Positions 8,308-17,990 of a stretch of DNA of 64,000 bases are shown piece by piece. The stretch covers positions 77,378 to 141,377 of the forward strand of contig CAYRRP010000003.1 of the NCBI GenBank assembly GCA_964426735.1, given 5' to 3'. Numbering within the stretch: the stretch's first letter is position 1; every line of letters starts with the position of its first letter. Position numbers and translations under genes: made by a program. The stretch comes from an uncultured Candidatus Saccharibacteria bacterium. Lineage in GTDB: Bacteria; Patescibacteriota; Minisyncoccia; Phycocordibacterales; DATDWN01. The notes under the pieces are model-generated. The model made no database searches and had not been told where the DNA came from. It worked only from the letters and a program-made list of their open reading frames with translations.

Positions 8308-8962
8308 CCTCTGTGCTCACTGATTTTTTGAATAACGCACCTGACACACCGTTTACACGCGCTTTACACTCGTCCCAAGTTCTGTGTACCTCAACTACTC
8401 CTTTGACACAACTGACATATGAATATGCGGGGTGTGATTTTTTTGACGCACTCTTTTTTTCTTTAGACTCGATTGAACTTTCAACCTGCTCCACATCGAC
8501 ATCATACTGGTCGAGACTTCCTTCATATAGTTCCACAGGATTGTTATCTGCATATGAGGTAGCGATCACATCACATCGTTCATTTGCAGGCACACCAGCA
8601 TGCCCAGAAACTTTTCGAAACAACACTTCACGAGACGTGATTACCTGATCAAGTGCTTCCCACAAATCTCTGTTTAATACATCATCTTTAGTTTTTGTTT
8701 TCCAATTATTTTTTTTCCATCCTTCAATCCAAGAAGTGATACCTGAAATAAGGTAACTTGAATCGGTGTGCACAATCACCTCATCTGCTTTTGTGTATGT
8801 GAGTGCTTCGAGTACCGCAGTGAGTTCCATTCTGTTGTTGGTCGTATTTCCTTCACGACCACCGAGTTCGGTTACACGCTCACCTTCTACAATAACCGCA
8901 CCCCATCCCCCAAGTCCCGGATTTCCTCGTGACGAACCGTCTGTAAAAATAATTGCTTTCAT
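8270..8962 (-). CDS. rnhA: Ribonuclease HI with a C-terminal hybrid-binding (Cauli_VI-type) domain
   Basis: MKAIIFTDGSSRGNPGLGGWG...NNRMELTAVLEAL...HTDSSY...SGHAGVPANERCD carries the RNase HI D-E-D-D residues. The C-terminus YSYVSCVKGVVEVHRTWDECKARVNGVSGALFKKSVSTEDE matches the HBD pattern. The start is set at ATG 8962, because the track's longer N-terminus runs through a hairpin repeat. Confidence 0.85.
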   Translation of the reverse strand: MKAIIFTDGSSRGNPGLGGWGAVIVEGERVTELGGREGNTTNNRMELTAVLEALTYTKADEVIVHTDSSYLISGITSWIEGWKKNNWKTKTKDDVLNRDLWEALDQVITSREVLFRKVSGHAGVPANERCDVIATSYADNNPVELYEGSLDQYDVDVEQVESSIESKEKKSASKKSHPAYSYVSCVKGVVEVHRTWDECKARVNGVSGALFKKSVSTEDEQNIISEFKKR

Positions 8963-8991
8963 AAAGTGTATTATAGCAGAGTTTAGATATG

Positions 8992-9121
8992 AAACAGCAT
9001 TCAGAAGTTGGTGAATATTATATTTAAGCCGTGTCTCGCAGGCTGACGAGCCGAGAGTCAGCGCTGGGCGAGCACGCACAGACAGCGACGGCGAAAAGAT
9101 AATATTCACCAACTTCTGTTT
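8992..9121. repeat. Long hairpin element with 20-bp perfect arms
   Basis: CAGAAGTTGGTGAATATTAT (9002-9021) is the exact reverse complement of 9099-9118. The GC-rich interior has its own GGCTGAC/GTCAGC stem. Confidence 0.7.
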
Positions 9122-9128
9122 ATATGCC

Positions 9129-10874
9129 CTACTCAATCACATCCACTATTCTCAACCGCAATTCAGGGAAGTTGCGAAACATCGACTTTTCTATGTGCGC
9201 AACCAGATTGATTTTCTGTCCCGCTTCCAGTGCAACACTGTATTTACTTGGGTCAGAAAAGAATCCAATTGCTTGGATAGTTTTACCATTCTTCTTGTGA
9301 AACGTAAGTTCAAGATGATTTTTTTCTTTTCCAAATTGTTTCAAACTGCTGATTACCACATCAGAAATCAGAAAAAGAGGCTTTGGATTGTCGATACCAT
9401 ATGGTGCAAGCTTCTCGACATGAGAATAGACATTCCAATCCACATCATCGATTGATATTTCTTTATCCACCACAACAGGTACTGGTTCACTTAGTTCATT
9501 ACGAAGCGCTTTAAATGAATCATTCAATTTTTTCTCAAGCTCATGAACTGTAGCAAGTGATACCGAAAATCCACCCGCACCCGCGTGTCCACCAAAATCA
9601 AGAAATGCATCTTTTGCATGTCCCATCAACTTCATAATATTTGTATCTCCACCTGCTCGACATGAACCTTTCAAAATCACATGTCCGTCTTCATCTTTCA
9701 TTTCTTCACCTGATCGTCCCCAGAGAAATACCGGGCGATTATGTTCATCACCAAATGAATTTGCAACCAGTCCAAGAAGTGATGGTTTCCATTTTGGATT
9801 ACCGAGCACTATCACATCACCGAGCACATCTTCTCGTTCAGAAATTATTTTTTTAATTTCTTTTACCATACTTGCCACCACTCCTTTGCGTTCATTATTG
9901 ATTGTATCTAAATGTTCTGCCATGATTCCTGCTTGTACCGGATCAGTTTCTCCAAGCATCAAAAATGCATCACGAGGGACACCCATGCGAGATGCGGCAT
10001 TGATACGCGGAGTGATCATAAAACCAATATCTTCTTCAGTGAGATGTGCTTGATTCATTTTTAAAATCTGACAGAGTTTTTGAAGACCTGGTCGTGGAGA
10101 CTTTCGCATCACATACAAACCATATGATGCGAGCACGCGGTTTTCTCCACGAAGTGGCACCATGTCAGATAATGTCGCGAGACCAACCATATCAAGAAGC
10201 CACTTCTCCCACCCTTCCACCACAGAATATCTTTTTTTAAATTCTTCATGTTGCAACAGTGCACACACAACTTTCCAAATCACTCCAGACCCACATAACA
10301 TTTTTTCTGGATACTGACATCCTGGTTGTTTTGGATTTATAATTGCATATGCACTTGGAAGTACTTCGTGTGGCAAGTGGTGGTCAGTAACAATCACATT
10401 CAGACCCTCTGAGTTTGCATACTCCACTTCACTTACATCTGCAATCCCACAATCAATAGTGATCACAAGCGTCACTCCATTTTTCTTAAAGAGATCAGTT
10501 GCATCATGACTCATACCGTACCCTTCATCATTTCGATGTGGAATATAAACCTCAAAATTTTCATAACCAATTTTTTTAAAAAAATCATTCATCACCACTG
10601 CACCAGGGATACCGTCTGCATCATAATCAGAAAAGATTCCAATCCGCTCCCCTGCTTCTAGCGCCCGAAGAATTCTCTCCACCGCTTTTCCCATATCTTT
10701 CAGCAGGTAGGGATCGTGAATGTCCCGATTGAAATCAGGAGCGATAAAAAGCTCTGCATCAGCATGTTCGGTAATTCCGCGAGCATGAAGAAGTTCTTGT
10801 AATATCGGATGATACGCTTTGAGATTTTCTCTGACTGCATCCACCAGCTTCTCCCGGACAACATAGTTTTTCAT
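9129..10874 (-). CDS. recJ: Single-stranded-DNA-specific exonuclease RecJ
   Basis: 581 aa. DHH motifs are IFSDYDADG, ITIDCGI and VTDHH, with a DHHA1-like GGHAGAGG. Confidence 0.92.
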   Translation of the reverse strand: MKNYVVREKLVDAVRENLKAYHPILQELLHARGITEHADAELFIAPDFNRDIHDPYLLKDMGKAVERILRALEAGERIGIFSDYDADGIPGAVVMNDFFKKIGYENFEVYIPHRNDEGYGMSHDATDLFKKNGVTLVITIDCGIADVSEVEYANSEGLNVIVTDHHLPHEVLPSAYAIINPKQPGCQYPEKMLCGSGVIWKVVCALLQHEEFKKRYSVVEGWEKWLLDMVGLATLSDMVPLRGENRVLASYGLYVMRKSPRPGLQKLCQILKMNQAHLTEEDIGFMITPRINAASRMGVPRDAFLMLGETDPVQAGIMAEHLDTINNERKGVVASMVKEIKKIISEREDVLGDVIVLGNPKWKPSLLGLVANSFGDEHNRPVFLWGRSGEEMKDEDGHVILKGSCRAGGDTNIMKLMGHAKDAFLDFGGHAGAGGFSVSLATVHELEKKLNDSFKALRNELSEPVPVVVDKEISIDDVDWNVYSHVEKLAPYGIDNPKPLFLISDVVISSLKQFGKEKNHLELTFHKKNGKTIQAIGFFSDPSKYSVALEAGQKINLVAHIEKSMFRNFPELRLRIVDVIE

Positions 10875-10993
10875 TGGTTAATTTTAACACAGCAATACAA
10901 ACAACCTCATTGACACACCTCTTTTAAAAGTAGTATGCATACTTTGACATATAAATATAAATATGGTTAAATTAATTTCGGAGGATCTTTTAC

Positions 10994-11731
10994 ATGCCCA
11001 ACGAACTGGTGGTACGCGAGCAACTTGCACTTACGATTACCAACCCGAGAGTGGTCCATATAGCACACCACCTCAGATGGAAACCTGTCACCACTATTGC
11101 TCGCATCGAACGAGCACTGCCATCAATCCTGGAGCAACAGATTTATCTTGCTATTGCACCAATGGTTGGTGAATCCGGACTCCTTCCGGAATCCCTCGCC
11201 AAACTCCTCAGAATATTTCTAGGGTCAAAGGAGCTTCGACTTGAAGATTTGACACCTGGATACCCAACCCAAAAAAACTTCGATGAATTTATTGAGTTTC
11301 TCGGTGAGTGCATCACCATTCTCAAAGTGATCAAGCACGAATATATAACGCTTGGTTTAAGTATAAATGATGCGGCACTGATTGTGCTTCGTTATGGAAC
11401 AAATGACCCTGAACGTCTTATTGAGATGGTAGACAACAACCTCGAGCAACTATGCGAAGTTCTTGATATCAGCAACAACATTCCGTACGGAACTCGTATG
11501 CGAGTCTGTCTGAATGTTGTCATCACAAAAGTGATACCAGGAAATCAAAAGAGCGGTGCTCCCGATCTACTCGATTTTACTGATTTCATTGAAATGGATT
11601 CCGTCAGGCGTCACCATATTCGCAAATGTGTACACCAAGAAATTGATGACCATCTTGCTTGTGATTTCCAAACTCTGAGAGGATATGATTCTCTCAAAAT
11701 ACTAAAAGAAGAAGGGATTGGTATTCTATGA
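10994..11731 (+). CDS. Hypothetical protein (first gene of the J-domain operon)
   Basis: 245 aa with no recognisable motif. Its own TTGACA-17-TTAAAT promoter lies at 10944-10972, and GGAGG lies 9 nt upstream of the ATG. A 4-nt ATGA overlap links it to the next gene. Confidence 0.7.
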   Translation: MPNELVVREQLALTITNPRVVHIAHHLRWKPVTTIARIERALPSILEQQIYLAIAPMVGESGLLPESLAKLLRIFLGSKELRLEDLTPGYPTQKNFDEFIEFLGECITILKVIKHEYITLGLSINDAALIVLRYGTNDPERLIEMVDNNLEQLCEVLDISNNIPYGTRMRVCLNVVITKVIPGNQKSGAPDLLDFTDFIEMDSVRRHHIRKCVHQEIDDHLACDFQTLRGYDSLKILKEEGIGIL

Positions 11732-12876
11732 GTGGTTTTCTCTCTGATTTAAAGATGTCTATTGCTAAGTCGCGAGAAGGTCCAAAACCATGGGGGGATG
11801 TTAATCCCCTCCTGCTTATAGGACTTTCCGACACCATTCTTAACCTTGGCCTTGATGAACAACAGCTACACGCCGTTGTGAAAAGCTATGGTAGGCAACT
11901 AACTGCTCAGGTACACCCTGATCGTCAGACGGTCAATATCTCTGACGAAATTCGAAAGCGAATCTTTGAAGGGTTTAATGCTATTGATGACTTTGGTCAC
12001 TTTCAGCTTGCCTTGAAAGAATTCCGATCCCTTCGTGCAGAAGATCGGCGGGAAAACAGAATACTTCACGAGGCGATATCTGCATTACAGCATCGTATTT
12101 CTTCCATAGAAGGCGATGCTTCAAAAATCAAGGAGGCAGCTCTCAAGCTCGAATCTGAAAAACAAGAGTTCTTACGCCTTAAGCGAGAGGAAAGCTTGAA
12201 ATTACCTGACCTTCAGAGATACTGCGAAGTTGCTAACAAAAGAATCGACGAACTAATCAAGCAAACCGAATCAACCCGAAAAACAGGTAATGCATGGAAG
12301 AGTCGTTTTTCAACAGCAATGAAATATATGCTGAATTTAGGCAACTTAAATCAACCTCATAAACTCTTTTTTGATGCACAATGGGTTGCAGTAGTCTCTT
12401 TGTGGCACCACGAAGGAAAACCTCTTACACCAGACGACATGATGTGGCGTCTCTTACTTGCACAAGACAAGGAGGTCTGTTCATTAGGTATCCCTTTAGA
12501 GACAATCATTGATCAGTGGCGGATAGCCAAAAGTCATTTTGGCAAACCAGAATTAACAGAATCAAAAAAGCTTCCGCTTTCACTGAGTATACTTAAACTA
12601 GACAAAGGGGTTCCGAGTCTGATATCTGGCGACAGCTTGACGGTGCATGGCGGTAAAGTTATAGGTTCGATTGATGGAAACAGCCACAAAATCACACGAG
12701 AGAACCTGTTTCAAAAGATGGATATTCTAGATATTCCTCGTCTGCTTACACCAACTATCGTACCGAACGGATTACTGGTATCTGTATCGGAACTTAAGGG
12801 AGTTAAAGCTTCTTGGAGTACCACTTGCCCTGGCTACAGGTTCCATACAAAGCGAATCATTGTGGCGGCGGGATAA
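11728..12876 (+). CDS. J-domain (DnaJ-like, HPD motif) protein with coiled-coil and an unknown C-terminal domain
   Basis: 382 aa. LGLDEQQLHAVVKSYGRQLTAQVHPDRQ...IFEGFNAID fits the J-domain helix II-HPD-helix III layout. Residues ~95-190 are heptad-like and charged. Confidence 0.7.
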   Translation: MSGFLSDLKMSIAKSREGPKPWGDVNPLLLIGLSDTILNLGLDEQQLHAVVKSYGRQLTAQVHPDRQTVNISDEIRKRIFEGFNAIDDFGHFQLALKEFRSLRAEDRRENRILHEAISALQHRISSIEGDASKIKEAALKLESEKQEFLRLKREESLKLPDLQRYCEVANKRIDELIKQTESTRKTGNAWKSRFSTAMKYMLNLGNLNQPHKLFFDAQWVAVVSLWHHEGKPLTPDDMMWRLLLAQDKEVCSLGIPLETIIDQWRIAKSHFGKPELTESKKLPLSLSILKLDKGVPSLISGDSLTVHGGKVIGSIDGNSHKITRENLFQKMDILDIPRLLTPTIVPNGLLVSVSELKGVKASWSTTCPGYRFHTKRIIVAAG

Positions 12877-12882
12877 AATTCA

Positions 12883-12925
12883 CACACGTGAAGGATGTAA
12901 ATCCTCCACGTGTGTTTTGTTTTTT
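12883..12925 (+). terminator. Intrinsic terminator of the J-domain operon
   Basis: CACACGTGaAGGAT-gtaa-ATCCTcCACGTGTG followed by TTTTGTTTTTT. Confidence 0.8.
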
Positions 12926-12948
12926 ACAAGTGATATACTTTTACTATT

Positions 12949-13314
12949 ATGAATATGAATGATTGTATATTTTGCAAAATAGTTCGTGGAGAAATTCCTT
13001 CATACAAGGTGTATGAGGATGAACATTTTTTCGCCTTTTTGGATATTCACCCACAGTCCCCAGGACATGTACAAGTGATTCCCAAAAAGCACCACAGGTG
13101 GGTGTGGCAAGTTCCTAATGCTGGCGAGTACTTTGAGGTGGTACGGAAAATAGCTCTCGCCCAACAAAAAGCATTTAATACAGACTGGATACTTTCAAAA
13201 ATTGTCGGTGATGAAGTAGAGCATGCTCACATCTGGGTGTTTCCAAATAATGAAGTCTCTGGCGACCCGAAAGATTTTGAAGGAAACGTAAAGAAATTAA
13301 AAGATTATATATAA
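12949..13314 (+). CDS. HIT-family (histidine triad) nucleotide hydrolase
   Basis: 121 aa. It has CIFCKI at the N-terminus and HAHIWVFP (HxHxHxx). Confidence 0.88.
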   Translation: MNMNDCIFCKIVRGEIPSYKVYEDEHFFAFLDIHPQSPGHVQVIPKKHHRWVWQVPNAGEYFEVVRKIALAQQKAFNTDWILSKIVGDEVEHAHIWVFPNNEVSGDPKDFEGNVKKLKDYI

Positions 13315-13489
13315 AATGCTACCCTTTTGGGGTAGCATTGCTGGTGGAATGGTGGAGAAAGTTGAGAAGTAACAAAAGAAGAAAGAAAAGGTACACACCC
13401 CAAACTATCCTTTTAGTGCTCTTGAAAGACCTTTCCTCTTGAGGAGTCATCTTATAGACTCTTTTTTGCCACTGTAAATCGTACATATT

Positions 13490-13807
13490 CTAGTCCTTAA
13501 TACCTTTTTCCATCTTCCAGATGGCACAGTTTTCTGGGGATCGTTCAAACTCAACCACCATCTCGACAACAGGTTGAGTCCCATCAGATGCCGGTGACTT
13601 AATACCTGTAATCCGCCAGAGTCGCTTTCCATCATCGAAAAAAAGAAAAACTAGGTTACGACCGACATTATGTTTCGTGGTGAGATTGGTATTTCCACAT
13701 GGTGACCAATCCATTTTTTCTCGTTTTTTTAGCTGGGCCGAATACCATACAGATTGAGCCAAAAATAATACAGCAGCAATAACAGCGAGCGGGCCAAAAG
13801 TTTTCAC
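13490..13807 (-). CDS. Hypothetical membrane-anchored or secreted small protein
   Basis: 105 aa with an N-terminal hydrophobic helix. It uses a GTG start preceded by GGAGG at 6 nt. Confidence 0.55.
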   Translation of the reverse strand: MKTFGPLAVIAAVLFLAQSVWYSAQLKKREKMDWSPCGNTNLTTKHNVGRNLVFLFFDDGKRLWRITGIKSPASDGTQPVVEMVVEFERSPENCAIWKMEKGIKD

Positions 13808-13842
13808 AAGGTGCCTCCACAGCTAATATAATCACCCAGGAC

Positions 13843-14973
13843 TTACTTTGTCAAAGCATCAATTCCAGGCAGAGTTTCGTTGACCAAAAAGTCGAGCATT
13901 GCTCCACCTGCAGTAGATACAAACGAAAACTTATCCATCAATCCGAGCTTTTCGATGGATGCGAGTGTGTCCCCTCCTCCGACAATACTGGTCGCCTTAC
14001 TATCTGCAATAATCTGAGCAAGCTGTTCTGTCTTATCAAAAAATCCTGCTTCATAGTTCCCAAGTGGACCATTCCAAACGATCAGTGATGCTTTTTTTAC
14101 CAACTCTTCAAGATGCGCAATGGTCTTCGGCCCCACATCGCCAATATATTCATCAGCTTCTACCTGATGTGCATCCTTTAATGAAAGTGCTCCATTTTCT
14201 TTTTTAACCGTCACATCTACTGGTGCGACAAATTTTGGATTTAGCAACATATCACCGATACCAAAATCTCCCTCTGAAACAAGTGAAGTTCCCACCTCAA
14301 ACCCTTGTGTTTTATACACATTGTTTGCAAGTGCTCCCACTACTACCACATGATCTGCTTTATCCAAATATTTTTGTATCAATGGAAGTTTTGTATCAAA
14401 CTTCGCACCACCTAAGATAAAAAGAAATGGATGTGTCGGAGTAAATGCTTTCGAGAGATTTTCTACTTCATTTAAAAAGAGTGGTCCTACATATGAAGGC
14501 AAAAGCGATGGTATACCTACCACTGATGCGTGTTTTCGATGAGATACTGAAAAAGCATCGTTCACATACACATCACCATACTGAGCAAGTTTTTTTGCAA
14601 AAGATTCGTCATTTGCCTTTTCTCCTTCATCAGAACGAAGATTTTCAAGCATCACCACATCAGCGTCTTCCATATCAGCAATCATTTTAATCGTTTCAGC
14701 AGAAAAAAGATCTTTTGCAAATTGCACTTTCACAAAACCATTTAGATAATCAAACATTGGATACAAGCTCGTATTGCCTTTTGCCTCGGTATGAGCAAGA
14801 ATAATAATCTTTGCTTTCTTAAGACGAAGCATGTCGATAGTTGGAATCGCCTGATCAATACGATACGGATCAGCAACTTTCCCATCAACGATAGGTGTAT
14901 TTAAATCCAAACGAAGGAGTACGTGTTTTCCTGAAATATCTCCTGCATCTTCTATTGTCTGTAATGTTTTCAT
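13843..14973 (-). CDS. pgk: Phosphoglycerate kinase
   Basis: 376 aa. It carries RLDLNTP, NDAFSVSHRKHAS and STAGGAMLDFL. Confidence 0.95.
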   Translation of the reverse strand: MKTLQTIEDAGDISGKHVLLRLDLNTPIVDGKVADPYRIDQAIPTIDMLRLKKAKIIILAHTEAKGNTSLYPMFDYLNGFVKVQFAKDLFSAETIKMIADMEDADVVMLENLRSDEGEKANDESFAKKLAQYGDVYVNDAFSVSHRKHASVVGIPSLLPSYVGPLFLNEVENLSKAFTPTHPFLFILGGAKFDTKLPLIQKYLDKADHVVVVGALANNVYKTQGFEVGTSLVSEGDFGIGDMLLNPKFVAPVDVTVKKENGALSLKDAHQVEADEYIGDVGPKTIAHLEELVKKASLIVWNGPLGNYEAGFFDKTEQLAQIIADSKATSIVGGGDTLASIEKLGLMDKFSFVSTAGGAMLDFLVNETLPGIDALTK

Positions 14974-15053
14974 GGTAAATCAATTTTTGAGTAAAGATAC
15001 GAATTAAATACTTTTAACTTTCTTATTCGTAACTATGTGTATTATTCGTATAT

Positions 15054-15824
15054 TTATTTTATAAGGTCAACGTTATTGATAATGCCTACAAAATTTTCCA
15101 CTTTAAGAGACTCTCGACCAACCAAAAGTCCGTCAACATAACCTCTTTCGACAATTTCTCGTGCATTATCTGCTGTCACTGCGCCACCGTAGAGTACTTT
15201 TGGCAATGGAGCCATTGTGCCATACATTTCCTTAATACATTTCTGAATATATAACGACATTTCATGTACCTGGTGTGAATTCATCGCTTCTTTAGCGCCG
15301 ATAGCCCACACAGGCTCATATGCAATAACTACATCGGAAATAACACTCTTTGACACTCCCGCAAGACCTGATGCAAGCTGACTTTTAATTAACCCGAGGT
15401 ATTCTCCGTGTTCATCTCGAACTGACTCACCGATACATAATACAGGAATAAGCTTATTCTCAAGTGCTCGACTCACCTTTTTAGATACAGACGTGTCGCT
15501 TTCCCCACGAACTCGTCTTTCAGAATGCCCGATAATAACGTATGCAACTTTAAACTGAGAAAGATGTTGCGCTGAAACCTCACCTGTATATGACCCGGAT
15601 GTTTCTTCATGTATATTTTGTACACCCAACGCAACTTTTTTAGAGACCAATCCTTTAAGTTCAGAAACATATACAAATGGCGGACATACAACAACATCAG
15701 TATTTTTAGCTTTTACACTACCCTTTTTAATACCCTCAACTAACTTTTTAGCTTCCTTCGTGGTAAAAATATTCATTTTCCAATTACCAATAACAAGTTT
15801 TTTCTTTTTTAGTGCCATACGCAC
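15054..15824 (-). CDS. tpiA: Triosephosphate isomerase
   Basis: 256 aa. It carries IGNWKMN, IIGHSERR and AYEPVWAIG. Confidence 0.95.
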   Translation of the reverse strand: MRMALKKKKLVIGNWKMNIFTTKEAKKLVEGIKKGSVKAKNTDVVVCPPFVYVSELKGLVSKKVALGVQNIHEETSGSYTGEVSAQHLSQFKVAYVIIGHSERRVRGESDTSVSKKVSRALENKLIPVLCIGESVRDEHGEYLGLIKSQLASGLAGVSKSVISDVVIAYEPVWAIGAKEAMNSHQVHEMSLYIQKCIKEMYGTMAPLPKVLYGGAVTADNAREIVERGYVDGLLVGRESLKVENFVGIINNVDLIK

Positions 15825-15897
15825 ATAATATCATAAAATACATAAGCATCACGAATGGACGTCCAACAAAAAAGTAGATGAAGTGATTTTACTGATG

Positions 15898-17379
15898 TTA
15901 TCTTGTCTCTTCCCAAGAAATGATTTGGTATTGATCTGATGTCAATGGAAAACTCGGAGGCGGCCCGTACAATAAGTTGGCATCATAAATAATATCTCGA
16001 CTGTCGTATCCTGTACCGTCTGTGTATGCAAAACCGTATCGTAAACTACTTGCAATCATTCCGTACAGTGTCAATGAAGCTTTACTGTCATCCGAACATG
16101 ATGTTTCGTAATAATACCTTCCTGCACGTCCATTTTGTGCAACAAGTGCCGCATCTATACGAAGATTATTTGCTGAATACTGACCAACGTTTACGTTACC
16201 TTGCGATATAAGAGAGATTACATCTCGTCCATCATAATTTGTATATAATAAATTTGCATTGATTGTAATACTTGGTCGTGTTGCAGGGTTATCTGGGAAA
16301 CGTCCTACTGCAAGCGTCACACGAGCAGTATCAATCTGTCCATCTACCCACACATTATCTTCAAGGAAAATCAATCCATTCGAAGGAATCGCATAATTAC
16401 CGAGCAGTGTCTGCCCTCCTCCACCAGATGTTCGTATACTCCATGAACCCCACCCTGTTTGATTTTGCACATTAGAACAATTATTACCCACAGACTGAAG
16501 TGCAGTAACTCGATACAAATCAAACGTATCATTTGTTTTAAATACTACACGATACCCTTGATACCCTGATGCAGCAAAATATCTTCCTCCTGTTTGTGCA
16601 CCTGATTTAATTGACGCGAGATCAGTCGTCAATCCAACAAAATCAACCGCCGGAAGCGGAAATTGTCTACCTGATTCAAATACATCAGGTCGAGCAGGTA
16701 CACTATTTGGTGGTGCTTCGGCAGAACGAAACGTATCATTCACAGTACCACCTGGCAATGTTACGTGAGTATGCACTCCAAACTCATTGTTTCCTGAATG
16801 ATCAGGGTCATCATATACATCTCGCGAAGACGAAATAACGTTGTGAGCAAGTCCGTCAAAACGAATTCCACCGTTTGAGTGAATAGGGCCATAGACTTCA
16901 GTACCCTCTCCAAATCGAAGACTGTCATTGCTTACCACTGCATATTTTGCGAGAGATGGAATTGCAAAACGAGCAGTAATTGACCGCGCAACAGAAGGAT
17001 CATCGGTGATACGTCCAGTTGATTTTACAGTCACAATAGTAAACCCTGGTTGTGGTGGAGTAATCTCAAGAGTAAAGGAGCCAATCTGATTTCCATCTTT
17101 ATCATAAAATGGACGCACAGAAGGTGTGCTTGTACCAGTACCATCCTGATAGTCAGTCGGTGCATGTGCAAGATGCCATCGATAATAATCGACTCCAGAT
17201 TCTGCAATTTGAAGGGCTTGCTCTCTATACAATGCAAGACGTGACGCTTTAATATTTAATCCTGCCCAAGAAACCAGTCCTCCAATAATCACAACTGCAA
17301 TACTTCCAAACACAAGTGCTTGAACAAGAAGAGAACCTTTTTGTAGTTGGTATCCAGTAGTGGTGTGTATCTTTTTCAT
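15898..17379 (-). CDS. Pilus-associated protein with a PilX_N-like N-terminus
   Basis: 493 aa. It has an N-terminal TM segment plus ...REQALQIAESGVDYY. It is the last gene of the pil operon, with a 4-nt overlap to the upstream gene. Confidence 0.6.
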   Translation of the reverse strand: MKKIHTTTGYQLQKGSLLVQALVFGSIAVVIIGGLVSWAGLNIKASRLALYREQALQIAESGVDYYRWHLAHAPTDYQDGTGTSTPSVRPFYDKDGNQIGSFTLEITPPQPGFTIVTVKSTGRITDDPSVARSITARFAIPSLAKYAVVSNDSLRFGEGTEVYGPIHSNGGIRFDGLAHNVISSSRDVYDDPDHSGNNEFGVHTHVTLPGGTVNDTFRSAEAPPNSVPARPDVFESGRQFPLPAVDFVGLTTDLASIKSGAQTGGRYFAASGYQGYRVVFKTNDTFDLYRVTALQSVGNNCSNVQNQTGWGSWSIRTSGGGGQTLLGNYAIPSNGLIFLEDNVWVDGQIDTARVTLAVGRFPDNPATRPSITINANLLYTNYDGRDVISLISQGNVNVGQYSANNLRIDAALVAQNGRAGRYYYETSCSDDSKASLTLYGMIASSLRYGFAYTDGTGYDSRDIIYDANLLYGPPPSFPLTSDQYQIISWEETR

Positions 17380-17990
17380 AAATTATCTTTAAGATTACGC
17401 AGTGTTGCTGTGGTAGTCACTATAAGTGGTATTGGTGTTTTATTTGGATCTTTCTCAATAACCAACGTGATCTTTACCATGCGAATATTTGAAATCACTA
17501 CAGGTTGAGTAAGTGGTGATGTAGTTCCAGCAAATGTACTTGGATAATACGTAAACAAAGTTGTTGTTGCACTATTTGCAATATGCGAAACAACTGAAGA
17601 AACTTTTTCATTTGCCTCTACATATGCAAGTGGACTACCAGTTGGAGATAACTCTCCACGGCGAAGGGTTGTGCCGGACATAAAATACCGTATTCTTTCT
17701 TTATTCCCATCATTATTAATATCGCTATAAAAAGTTAACGCGGACGAACTTGCAACAGTTATAGGATATCCTCCAAGAGAAGATGGTGATGCTTCTCGCA
17801 ATTCAGCAACCATCTTTTTAATCACATGACGTGCATCAAGTTGTGCAGACAAACTATTTTGAGCAGAGAAATTTAAGGTAAAAATGTCACGCTGAAATGT
17901 TCCGACCGCAAGTGCAAGTAGGCCAATAATCGCAGAACTCACAACTATTTCAACAAGAGTGACACCTTGTGTATATTTCATATTATTCAC
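17376..17990 (-). CDS. Type IV pilin-like protein (pseudopilin)
   Basis: 204 aa with the prepilin-type N-terminus KYTQG/VTLVEIVVSSAIIGLLA. Confidence 0.8.
   Translation of the reverse strand: MNNMKYTQGVTLVEIVVSSAIIGLLALAVGTFQRDIFTLNFSAQNSLSAQLDARHVIKKMVAELREASPSSLGGYPITVASSSALTFYSDINNDGNKERIRYFMSGTTLRRGELSPTGSPLAYVEANEKVSSVVSHIANSATTTLFTYYPSTFAGTTSPLTQPVVISNIRMVKITLVIEKDPNKTPIPLIVTTTATLRNLKDNL

Noticed and set aside
8963-9136. 58-aa N-terminal extension of the rnhA ORF (track start 9136).
   Set aside because: The extension is read through the 130-bp hairpin element and overlaps the recJ stop. The RNase HI fold begins at MKAIIFTDG (ATG 8962).
13316-13339. Hairpin ATGCTACCC/GGGTAGCAT after the HIT gene, considered as a + strand terminator.
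   Set aside because: The stem is good, but the + strand lacks a U-tract (a TTTTAT tract follows only on the minus strand). I did not list it as a confident terminator.
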